Shown: positions 29,450 through 37,902 of the stretch, in pieces
Layout: the number at the start of each line of letters is the position of its first letter
Numbering within the stretch: the stretch's first letter is position 1
Assembly: GCA_003135555.1 (NCBI GenBank)
Contig: PLCF01000079.1
Location: 1-55,506 of the forward strand
Reading direction: 5' to 3'
DNA length: 55,506 bases
Origin: Vulcanimicrobiota bacterium
GTDB taxonomy: Bacteria > Vulcanimicrobiota > Vulcanimicrobiia > Vulcanimicrobiales > Vulcanimicrobiaceae
Notes under the pieces: model-generated
Told to the model about the DNA's origin: nothing
Seen by the model: the letters and a program-made list of their open reading frames with translations, nothing else
Databases searched by the model: none
Translations under genes and position numbers: made by a program

Positions 29450-30334
29450 TCAAACTGTCATGATGGCGTGCATGACGGTGACCGCCGGGCCGGCGACGAC
29501 GATGCGGCCGATGTCGTGCGGGGGATCGCCACCCACCTCAACCTGCCCGCGTCCGGGGCGATGGACGTGCATCCCTTGCTCGACGGCGTACGTGCGCTCG
29601 CGTACGATGTCGTAGCGCGCGCAGTATGCGGCCATCCCGCCGGTCGCCGAGCCGGTGAACGGATCCTCTTTGATGTCGCCGAAGTCGGCGAAGTGCCGCG
29701 ACGCGAGCTTGACGTCGTCGTCGCGTTCGACCCGGGCGAAGACGTGCACGGAGAACCACTCGTGGCCGTCGTGCGGAAACAGTGCGTGCCGGTTCGCCTC
29801 GACGCGGTCGAGTGCGGCGATCGACGCCAGCGCGATCATGAGCTGCGGCGTTCCGGTGCTCACCGTCTGCGGCGTCACGCCCGCGAGCAGATCGTCCTCG
29901 CGCAGCCCCAACGCCGCCGCCGCGGTAGCGCGCGGCAACGTCGCGCCGAATGCCGGCGGTGGCTGCGACATCGCGTAGGTCGTCGGTGCGCCCGGGCGGA
30001 CCGTCACCGGGACGAGCGCCGCGGGCATCCGCAGGCGAACGACCTGATGCCCGGCCGGGATCGCGCCGCTCTCGTGCAGTGCGTGCGTCGTCGCGATGGT
30101 GGGATGGCCGGCGAGCGGGATCTCGCCGTTGGGGGTCCAGTAGCGCACCACGAAATCCGCCTCACCGTCGCCGGGGAACACGAAGCTCGTCTCGGAGAGG
30201 TTGGTCTCGCGCGCGATCGCCTGCATGGTCGCGTCGTCGAGTCCGCGCGCATCGAGCACCACCGCGCAGGCATTTCCCGCCAGCGGGGTGGTGGTGAACG
30301 CATCGATCCAGACGATCTTCAACTGCCGTGCCAT
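29450..30334 (-). CDS. PhzF family epimerase/isomerase
   Basis: DAFT..GN, ETNLSETSF, AGHPT, EDPFTGSA. Confidence 0.9.
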   Translation of the reverse strand: MARQLKIVWIDAFTTTPLAGNACAVVLDARGLDDATMQAIARETNLSETSFVFPGDGEADFVVRYWTPNGEIPLAGHPTIATTHALHESGAIPAGHQVVRLRMPAALVPVTVRPGAPTTYAMSQPPPAFGATLPRATAAAALGLREDDLLAGVTPQTVSTGTPQLMIALASIAALDRVEANRHALFPHDGHEWFSVHVFARVERDDDVKLASRHFADFGDIKEDPFTGSATGGMAAYCARYDIVRERTYAVEQGMHVHRPGRGQVEVGGDPPHDIGRIVVAGPAVTVMHAIMTV

Positions 30335-30391
30335 GCGCGCGGACTTCGCCGAGCGAGGTTCGCCCGCCGCCCGGCGGGTACGAACGCTGGT

Positions 30392-31291
30392 ATGGCTCGC
30401 CGCGTGCTCCTCGCCGTGAATGCGCGCGCCCGGCGCGGGCGCACCGCGCAGGCGCAAGCCGCGGCGGCGCTGCGTGCGCGCGGGCACGAGGTGACGGTGA
30501 TCGACCTCGACGCGAGCGGCGGGCTGTCCGAGGCGATCGTCGCGCACCGCGAGCAGGTCGACGTGGTCTGCGTCGGCGGCGGCGACGGGACGCTGCTGGG
30601 CGCGCTCGACGGCTTGGTCGAGACGAAGCTCCCGCTGGCGGTGCTCCCGCTGGGCACGTTCAACGAGCTGGCCCGCACGCTGGGGATCCCGGCCGACCCC
30701 GAAGCGGTCGCGGCGCTCGTCGACGACGGCGTGCCGCTACCGCTCGACGTCGGATGCGTCAACGGCGTGCACTACCTCAACGAAGCATCGGTCGGCTTGT
30801 CGACGCGGGTGACGCGCATGCAGACCGGCGAAGTGAAGCGGCGCTTGGGAATGCTCGCGGTTCCGTGGACGACGTTGCGCGCGCTGCGCTGGGCGCGCCC
30901 GATGCACTTGGAGATCGAGTCCGACGATGGCGGGAAGCGGGTCGTACGGACGTTGCAATTGACCGTCGCCAACAGCTACCGCTTCGGCGGGGTCGTCGAG
31001 AATCCCGAGGGCAGCCTCGAGGACGGCAAGCTGTGGCTCTACTCGATCGATGCGCGCGGCGTGTGGCATACGCTCGCGTTGCTCGCATCCGTTGCGCTGC
31101 GCCGGTTCCAGCATTCTCCCGAGGTCATGGCGGTGCGCGGGACGCGTTTCGTGGTCCGCTCCGTCCACGGTCACGCGCACCGGGTAACCGCCGACAGCGA
31201 AGAGGCCACCCGCCTCCCCGCGGAGTTCACGATCGTCAAGGGCGGGGTCACGGTACTCGTCCCGGCCGACCGGGTATCTGAGATCCGCTAA
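30392..31291 (+). CDS. YegS/BmrU-like diacylglycerol (lipid) kinase
   Basis: GGGDGT, LPLGTFNELARTLG. Confidence 0.88.
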   Translation: MARRVLLAVNARARRGRTAQAQAAAALRARGHEVTVIDLDASGGLSEAIVAHREQVDVVCVGGGDGTLLGALDGLVETKLPLAVLPLGTFNELARTLGIPADPEAVAALVDDGVPLPLDVGCVNGVHYLNEASVGLSTRVTRMQTGEVKRRLGMLAVPWTTLRALRWARPMHLEIESDDGGKRVVRTLQLTVANSYRFGGVVENPEGSLEDGKLWLYSIDARGVWHTLALLASVALRRFQHSPEVMAVRGTRFVVRSVHGHAHRVTADSEEATRLPAEFTIVKGGVTVLVPADRVSEIR

Positions 31292-31785
31292 TGCTGGCTT
31301 TCTTTCGGCCGTCGCACTGGGCGACGCGCATCACGCAGATCGATCCTCACGCACTGCGCGCGCGCGGGATCCGGGGCGCGATCGTCGACCTCGACAACAC
31401 GCTGGTCGGCTTCCGCACCCTCGTTCCGCTCGAAGAGGATGCGGCGTGGGTGCTTCAAGCGAAGGAAGCCGGCGTGCGTGTCGCGGTCTTGACCAACAAC
31501 GGCACGCCCTGGGCGTCGAAGATCGCGCAAGACCTCGGCGTGCCGTGCATCCCCCGGGCGCGCAAGCCGCTTCCGTACGGTTTTCGGCGCGCGCTGGCGG
31601 TGCTGGAGCTGCGCGCCGATGAAGCCGTGGTGATCGGCGATCAGCTCTTCACCGACGTGCTCGGTGCGAAGCTGGCGGGGCTGGAGGTCATCCTGGTCGA
31701 TCCGCTGGTGCGTTTCGACCCTTGGAACACGCGCCCGCTGCGCTGGCTCGAGCGCATCGTGCTGCGCGGCGTGCCGCGCGCGTAG
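31291..31785 (+). CDS. YqeG family HAD IIIA phosphatase
   Basis: DLDNTL, ARKP, IGDQLFTDVLG. Confidence 0.9.
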   Translation: MLAFFRPSHWATRITQIDPHALRARGIRGAIVDLDNTLVGFRTLVPLEEDAAWVLQAKEAGVRVAVLTNNGTPWASKIAQDLGVPCIPRARKPLPYGFRRALAVLELRADEAVVIGDQLFTDVLGAKLAGLEVILVDPLVRFDPWNTRPLRWLERIVLRGVPRA

Positions 31786-32642
31786 TGAACGACCGGATCG
31801 GCCAAGCCCGCACGCTGCTCGATGCCATCGCGGCGCAGGAGCGGGCGGATGCGGCGATCGACCCTCAGCACGGTACGCGCTGGTGGATCGGCGACGAGGT
31901 CCTGCCGACGGCGGTCGTGCTGTTGCACGGCCTCACTAACTCCCCGCCGCAATACGATCGCCTCGCACGTGAGCTGTACGCGCGCGGGCATGCGGTGATC
32001 GTACTGCGGATGCCCTACCACGGCTATCGCGACCGCATGACCGATGCGATTGCCGCGCTGCGAGCACGCGATCTCGAAGCGGCCGCGTTGCAGGCCGTGC
32101 TGATCGCGGCGCTGTGCGGCGAGCGCGTCGTCGTCGCCGGGATCTCGGTCGGCGCGACGCTTGCGGGCTGGCTCGCCGCGCGCACCCGCATCGACGTGGG
32201 GATCGGCGTCGCACCGTTTTGCGGTTTGCGCGAGCTGCGCGCCGGCCTCAACGACGCGCTGGGCGGGCTGCTGCGCGCCGCGCCCAACGTTTTTGGCTGG
32301 TGGGACCCGCGCGAGAAGGAAGCGCAGCCGCCGCCGCACGGGTACCCGCGCTTCGCGACGCGCTCGCTGGGTGAATCGTTGCGCATCTCCACGGAGCTCG
32401 CGCAAGCGCCGCTCGGTCCTCACGCGCGGCGCGCCGTGCTGGTGCTCAATGCCAACGATCCGGTGGTCAACAACCCTCACGCCGCGCGCCGCTTCGACGC
32501 CTTGCGGCCGCTGGGCGTCGAGGTCGAGCACGTCGTGCTGCAGGGGCTGCCGGCGATTCACGACATCCTCGAGCCCGCGATCCCGCAGGCACAGCCCGAG
32601 CTCGTCTATCCCGCGCTGATCGACCTCATCGAAGGGCAGTAG
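31785..32642 (+). CDS. Alpha/beta hydrolase (esterase/lipase-like)
   Basis: LLHGLTNSP, GISVG nucleophile, ND and H residues. Confidence 0.8.
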   Translation: MNDRIGQARTLLDAIAAQERADAAIDPQHGTRWWIGDEVLPTAVVLLHGLTNSPPQYDRLARELYARGHAVIVLRMPYHGYRDRMTDAIAALRARDLEAAALQAVLIAALCGERVVVAGISVGATLAGWLAARTRIDVGIGVAPFCGLRELRAGLNDALGGLLRAAPNVFGWWDPREKEAQPPPHGYPRFATRSLGESLRISTELAQAPLGPHARRAVLVLNANDPVVNNPHAARRFDALRPLGVEVEHVVLQGLPAIHDILEPAIPQAQPELVYPALIDLIEGQ

Positions 32643-33258
32643 CGGCGCCGCTGCGCAGGATCACCGCCAGCGCGGCGCACAGGAACGCCGTGCCGAGCAG
32701 CAGGCCGGCGATCACGTCGGTGAGATAGTGCGCGCTCAGCGCCAGGCGCGACCAGGGGATGCCGGCGGCGCAGATGCCGAGCGCGACGACGATGGCGGCC
32801 GCGAGCGGTCGCGGCAACGGCGCGTGCCACGCCAAGAGCGCGAAGCCGACGAAGAACACGACCGCCGTCACCGCGTGGCCGCTGGGAAACGACAGATCGA
32901 CTTCTTTGATCTGGAGCCACGCGTCGGGGCGATGGCGGTGAAAGAGCAGCTTGAGCAGCGCGTTGACACCCTGCGAGAGCACCTGCGCGCTGTACAGCAC
33001 CGCGACGGCGGTCAGCCCGGCTCGGAGCTTGTACGCGACGGCTGCGGCGACAAGGCCGAGCGCGAGCAGTACCGGCCAGCGCCCGAGCCCGGTGAAGAAG
33101 AGCGCCAGCGGTACGGCGGTGCCGCGCAGCGCTCCGGCTTCGACGTCGAGCCGAGTCGGCGGACGCGACGCGACCAACGCGCCGATGGCGAGCGTCGCGC
33201 ACAGGCAGGCGAGGGCCACGATCCACAGGCGCAATTCGAGCGGGCTAGCCGTGCGCAA
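32626..33258 (-). CDS. PAP2 family membrane phosphatase
   Basis: K..FHRHRP, SFPSGHA, SRLALSAHYLTDV. Confidence 0.9.
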   Translation of the reverse strand: MRTASPLELRLWIVALACLCATLAIGALVASRPPTRLDVEAGALRGTAVPLALFFTGLGRWPVLLALGLVAAAVAYKLRAGLTAVAVLYSAQVLSQGVNALLKLLFHRHRPDAWLQIKEVDLSFPSGHAVTAVVFFVGFALLAWHAPLPRPLAAAIVVALGICAAGIPWSRLALSAHYLTDVIAGLLLGTAFLCAALAVILRSGAATALR

Positions 33259-34162
33259 CGCCGGTCTCCGGAACGAACACGCGCAGTGCCTGACGGGCCA
33301 CCGTGAAGCGCGCGGGTGTCCGCGCCAACAAGTCGCCGTCGATTGCGATCGGTTGGCGTTCGCGCGCGCGGATCGTGAACGCGCGCGCCGTCACGACGTG
33401 CGCGTCCGGCAGCGCCGCCTGCAGCCCGCGGCCGAGCGCGACGAACGTGCGCAGCGCGTCGAACGCGGACGCCCCGTCGGCGGTGAAGAGATGCAGGCGG
33501 CCGTCGACGATCGTCGCGTCCGGCGTCACGGGCGTGTTGCCGAAGAAACGGCCGTTGGCGACGATGATGTCCTGCGTGCGCACGTCCAGGCGGCCGCCTT
33601 TCCAGCGGATGCGCGCGCGGAACGCCCGGTGCGTCAGGATCGGCCGGATCCCGGCCAGCGCATAGGCGACGGCTCCGGTGAACTTCTTGAGCAGGCGCGG
33701 CGTCGCGTTGGCGATCTCCGACGATAGCCCGATCGTCGCGAAATTCGCAAAGTGCGTGCCGTTCACGACGCCCAGATCGACGCGCTCGGCGTGGCCGTGT
33801 GCGATGACGCCGACCGCGGCGTCGAGGTCGCCGGTGGGGATGCCGAGCGACTGCGCGAAGCTGTTGCCGGTTCCGAACGGGAGCAGCCCCATGACGCTGC
33901 GGCGGTTCGCGAGCGCGTCGACGGCGCGCGTCATCGTCCCGTCCCCGCCGCCCACGACGATCTCGGCCGCGCCGTCTTTCACCGCACGCTTGATCCGGCG
34001 CCGGCAGGCTTCCGCGTCGTCTTCGACGTGGAACGCCGCGACGTGCAGGCCGCGAGCGGCCATAGCAGCGCGCGCTTGGTCGATGGCGCTATCGGTGTGG
34101 CGCGAGTGGCGGTTGACGACGACGACGAGCTCGCGTGTCGCGGGGTCGGGCGGGGCGATCAG
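33245..34162 (-). CDS. YegS/BmrU-like diacylglycerol (lipid) kinase
   Basis: VVVVNRHSR, GGGDGT, LPFGTGNSFA; probable CTG start at 34162 overlapping upstream TGA. Confidence 0.85.
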   Translation of the reverse strand: MIAPPDPATRELVVVVNRHSRHTDSAIDQARAAMAARGLHVAAFHVEDDAEACRRRIKRAVKDGAAEIVVGGGDGTMTRAVDALANRRSVMGLLPFGTGNSFAQSLGIPTGDLDAAVGVIAHGHAERVDLGVVNGTHFANFATIGLSSEIANATPRLLKKFTGAVAYALAGIRPILTHRAFRARIRWKGGRLDVRTQDIIVANGRFFGNTPVTPDATIVDGRLHLFTADGASAFDALRTFVALGRGLQAALPDAHVVTARAFTIRARERQPIAIDGDLLARTPARFTVARQALRVFVPETGVAHG

Positions 34163-34329
34163 CGCGATCCTTCGGGATCGCCGGCACGGCCGCCGATATC
34201 GGAGCCGCCGGCCGTCGGGTCCGCGTCGTTCTCGTTGAGCGGCAGCTCGCGGTCGTCGCGGCCGATATCGACCTCGTCCGCCCCCGGATTGTCCAGGCCG
34301 CCGTCCTCGCGCAGTTCACGATCGTTCAT
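34159..34329 (-). CDS. Small acidic disordered protein (56 aa)
   Basis: MNDRELREDGGLDNPGADEVDIGRDD...EGSR; typical GC3 codon use; stop coupled to next gene. Confidence 0.55.
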   Translation of the reverse strand: MNDRELREDGGLDNPGADEVDIGRDDRELPLNENDADPTAGGSDIGGRAGDPEGSR

Positions 34330-34395
34330 GCCCGGTTCGTTCCCACTTACCGCCGGATCGAAAGGAGCGCCGCTGCCGAGCGTGTACGACCCGTC

Positions 34396-35370
34396 GTGCG
34401 ATATCGAAACCTCGGGCGCTGGGGCGTCAAACTCTCATCGGTCGGGCTGGGCTCGTGGCTGACGTACGGCAGCAGCGTTGAGGAGGACGCGGCCCAAGCC
34501 TGCATCAAGCGCGCGTACGAGCGCGGCGTGACCTTCTTCGACACCGCGAACGTCTACGCGCGCGGCCGCGCCGAGCAGGTTGTCGGGCGCGCGATCCGCG
34601 ACTTTGCGCGCGCCTCGATCGTGCTCGCGACCAAGGTCTATTTTCCGATGGGCGACGGCTCGAACGATCGAGGCCTCTCGCGCAAGCACATCCGCGAGCA
34701 GATGGACGCGTCGCTGCAGCGGCTCGGCGTCGACTACGTCGATCTCTACCAGTGCCACCGCTACGACGTCACGACCCCGCTCGAGGAGACCGTGCAGGCG
34801 ATGGATGACCTGGTGCGCAGCGGCAAGACGCTCTACTGGGGCGTGAGCGAGTGGAACGCCGACCAGATCGCCGCGGCGGTGAACCTCGCCCGCGCGCGCG
34901 GCTGGGCCGAGCCGGTGTCGAATCAGCCGCAGTACAGCGCGCTGTGGCGGCGGATCGAACAGCGCGTCCTGCCGACCTGCCGGCAATACGGGTTGGGCAA
35001 CGTCGTCTGGTCGCCGCTGGCGATGGGGATCCTCACCGGCAAGTACACGGATGCCGCGAACCCGCCGGCCGGGACGCGCGCGGCCGGCCGCGCCAAAGAG
35101 ATGATGGAAGACTACTTCACTCAGCGGGTGCTCGACGCCGTGCAGCGCCTCGTGCCGCTGGCGCAACGCGCCGGGTGCACGCTCGCGCAGCTCGCGCTGG
35201 CGTGGTGCCTGCGCGACGACGTCGTGTCGTCGGTCATCGTCGGCGCGACGCGCCCCGAGCAGGTCGACGACAACGTCGCCGCCGCCGACCTCGACGTCGA
35301 TCCGGCGATCTTCGCGCAGCTCGACGAGATCCTCGCGCCGGTCGCGCCTTCGGAGCCGTATACGTCGTAG
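34396..35370 (+). CDS. Aldo/keto reductase (Kv-beta-like)
   Basis: GLGSWLTYG, FDTANVY, LATK, DLYQCH, WSPLAMG. Confidence 0.92.
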   Translation: MRYRNLGRWGVKLSSVGLGSWLTYGSSVEEDAAQACIKRAYERGVTFFDTANVYARGRAEQVVGRAIRDFARASIVLATKVYFPMGDGSNDRGLSRKHIREQMDASLQRLGVDYVDLYQCHRYDVTTPLEETVQAMDDLVRSGKTLYWGVSEWNADQIAAAVNLARARGWAEPVSNQPQYSALWRRIEQRVLPTCRQYGLGNVVWSPLAMGILTGKYTDAANPPAGTRAAGRAKEMMEDYFTQRVLDAVQRLVPLAQRAGCTLAQLALAWCLRDDVVSSVIVGATRPEQVDDNVAAADLDVDPAIFAQLDEILAPVAPSEPYTS

Positions 35371-35371
35371 G

Positions 35372-35818
35372 CTAGTTCTCGCTCGGGCTGGGGTGCTCGA
35401 CGTCGGGGATCAGCGTGCCGAGAAAAGCGCCCAGGATGTCTTGCGGGGCGTTGTTCTGCGGGCCGCCGATCACGCTCCAGTCGAAGTATTCGTTGACGTC
35501 GGAGCGGCGCAGCGTGCTTTCGAGCGTCTCGAGCGCTTCGTCCGAGGTGATCATCCACAACAGGACGACCGCGTCGACCTCGCGCGCGCGTTCCATGACG
35601 TGATAGCGATAGGCCCAGATCACGCCCTCGTCTTCTTCGACGAAGGATTCGTTGAGCTGCGCGACGCGGTTCTGTAAGAACGCGGTCGCTTCGTCGGAGT
35701 CCAAGTCGTACCAGGCCGGCCTGGGGATGAACGTGGTGAGATAGAACTGCGGCGGAGCGTCGTCGTCCTCCTCATCCTCGTCGTCGAGGTCCTCGTCGTG
35801 CGGGTCCACGGGTTCCAT
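35372..35818 (-). CDS. Hypothetical acidic protein
   Basis: MEPVDPHDEDLDDEDEEDDD N-terminus followed by globular region; strong codon bias. Confidence 0.65.
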   Translation of the reverse strand: MEPVDPHDEDLDDEDEEDDDAPPQFYLTTFIPRPAWYDLDSDEATAFLQNRVAQLNESFVEEDEGVIWAYRYHVMERAREVDAVVLLWMITSDEALETLESTLRRSDVNEYFDWSVIGGPQNNAPQDILGAFLGTLIPDVEHPSPSEN

Positions 35819-35924
35819 CGCCACACTGTACCCGCATCGGCGCGCGCGCGCCTGCGAGCGCTGCCGGCCTGCTAATAGCCGGCGGAAGGATCCCGGCGTG
35901 CTCGATCCGTGGCGACGCGTTCGT

Positions 35925-37847
35925 TCATTCGAACGCCCAATGTGTGAACGCTTCGACCGGCGGAGCGACGTTCTTGGCCACGGCGTCTCGGGCACTACGC
36001 AACTGAAGCCAATCGGGCGCGAGCTGAAGTGCCGCCTCATACTTCGCCCGCGCGTCTGACCAGCGCCGCTTTCGAGCGAGCACGTCTCCCCAAGCCTTGA
36101 GCGGATCGGCGAACTGTGGAGCAATGCGGTTTGCCGCAGCAAAGTCCACTTCGGCCCGATCGAGACTCCCACGCTTCAAGTTCGCCAGGCCGCGGTGGAG
36201 GTAGATGACCGGACAATCGGGTACGAGCCGCAAGCCTTCCGCCCAGATTCTTTCCGCACCGCGAAAGTCGCCGGCGTTTGCGAGCACGTCGCCGTGCATG
36301 CCATAGCAGCGCACCCACCGGCCGGCGGCGGCGAACGTAGCCTCTGAATCAGTAAGGCGGCCGGTAAGTCCTTGCACAAGGCCAACTACGCACGGTGCGT
36401 CGTTGTCTACGGATTGCAATTCAGCGGATTTCTTCCAGAGCTTCTGTAGTGACAGTATTGGAGCAAGAGCCGCTTGGGCATGGCCTTGGTCCAAGGCCGC
36501 ATAGGCCTGCACCAAGAGAAGCTCAGCCTGGGTTAGCTGATTGTCCGGATCGCTTTGATCGAGGTAGCGCTTTGACTTCGCGTAGTTGTGCAAGGCTGCA
36601 TAGGTGTCCGCGATAAATGGGCTGTCGATACTGGCATTCGCGCCCGCCCCGTTGTTGTATGCAGCATCGTCGAGCATCGCGTGCGACGCGCGCAGAAAGT
36701 CTCGCGTCATGAGCGCCGGGGCATCGTAGCTGCGTTCTTGCGGTCGGCTATCCTTGGGGACGGTGTTCGCCTCATGCAAGAATCGTAGACTCTCTTTGAG
36801 GGCATCCTCTTCGTTCTCAGTCGACAGCGAATTGATGAGATTCGCCCACGCTACCCAGTTCGGCGGCTTGAGCGACATCGCGAGCCGAAACTCGTTGTCA
36901 GCAAGCTTCGGTTTGTTCTCATTGAGATATGCGTTTCCAAGGATGTTCGCGAGGCTGGCGCGGTCGTCGTCGTTGCCGGCGCTCGCCACTGCACGCCGTA
37001 GGTACTTTTCTGCATCTCCGTATCGGTTGGTACTCACCAGGAAGATCGCGTACTCCGGGGGGCGTTCAGTTCGATAGATATACTCGGCAGCCTGCGACGC
37101 CAGCTCACGAACGCGGGTGATTTTCCCCGGAATCGTCTTGGCCGGCACGTCCCCTGCGCGCACTGTCAGGGTTATGTCGTCTCCGTTTCCCTGGACGAGG
37201 TCGCCGTCGATGTACACATCATGTCCCAGCTGTGAATGCAAGAGCCGTTTTAATTCTCCGATCGAAATGCCGGTCTGCGGAACTTGAATCTTGATGTCGG
37301 CCGCCGATGCGCTTACGACCCGATGCGTGTTCTTCCGATCGAGCAATCGCGCTTTGCTCTGCATCTCTTGGAGCCTATCGAGGACGGCTGAGGCAACGAC
37401 GTTGCCCGTGAGGCCACGGTTAGCCAGTTCGGGCGAACTGCTGAAAGCGTTCATAATAGTGGCCTGCGAACGGTGTGCTTCTACCAGCATAACGACGATG
37501 ATCACGGCTAAGGCAAATGAAGCAAGCGTGATCGCGGCTTGATACGCGGCTTTCAGCCAGTCCAGGACGTGCCTGCGTCGCGCGGCAGAACGTGAAGTCT
37601 TTCGGTCGTCATCGTAGTGTTCGACCTGTCTCTCAACGAGACGCGTCTGCGCGTGGACGAGGGTGCTCAGCGTCTCGAGATAGCCCGCCGCCTTGCGGCG
37701 AAGCACCCGATCGCGTTCTGCGGCTTTGAGCACGAGTGCGGCGGCGAACGCATCCGCCGCAGTGCCCGCGCCGTCTTTCGCGTCCCCGCCGGGTTTGACG
37801 TCGTTCTCGCGACCGGGATCGCCGTTGTCGTCGTCGTCCTGAGCCAT
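35925..37847 (-). CDS. Membrane-anchored tetratricopeptide-repeat protein, lower GC
   Basis: One TM (AAITLASFALAVIIVVMLV), multiple TPR-like helical repeats; GAGGG RBS. Confidence 0.75.
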   Translation of the reverse strand: MAQDDDDNGDPGRENDVKPGGDAKDGAGTAADAFAAALVLKAAERDRVLRRKAAGYLETLSTLVHAQTRLVERQVEHYDDDRKTSRSAARRRHVLDWLKAAYQAAITLASFALAVIIVVMLVEAHRSQATIMNAFSSSPELANRGLTGNVVASAVLDRLQEMQSKARLLDRKNTHRVVSASAADIKIQVPQTGISIGELKRLLHSQLGHDVYIDGDLVQGNGDDITLTVRAGDVPAKTIPGKITRVRELASQAAEYIYRTERPPEYAIFLVSTNRYGDAEKYLRRAVASAGNDDDRASLANILGNAYLNENKPKLADNEFRLAMSLKPPNWVAWANLINSLSTENEEDALKESLRFLHEANTVPKDSRPQERSYDAPALMTRDFLRASHAMLDDAAYNNGAGANASIDSPFIADTYAALHNYAKSKRYLDQSDPDNQLTQAELLLVQAYAALDQGHAQAALAPILSLQKLWKKSAELQSVDNDAPCVVGLVQGLTGRLTDSEATFAAAGRWVRCYGMHGDVLANAGDFRGAERIWAEGLRLVPDCPVIYLHRGLANLKRGSLDRAEVDFAAANRIAPQFADPLKAWGDVLARKRRWSDARAKYEAALQLAPDWLQLRSARDAVAKNVAPPVEAFTHWAFE

Positions 37848-37902
37848 CGTACACCCTCACGCGCCGTGTCTGGATCGTGCACCAAGGCAGGCGACCTTCC
37901 CT

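Noticed and set aside
35880..37902. GGAAGG / CCTTCC at the flanks of the TPR gene as element ends
   Set aside because: Only 6 bp; no target-site duplication or transposase
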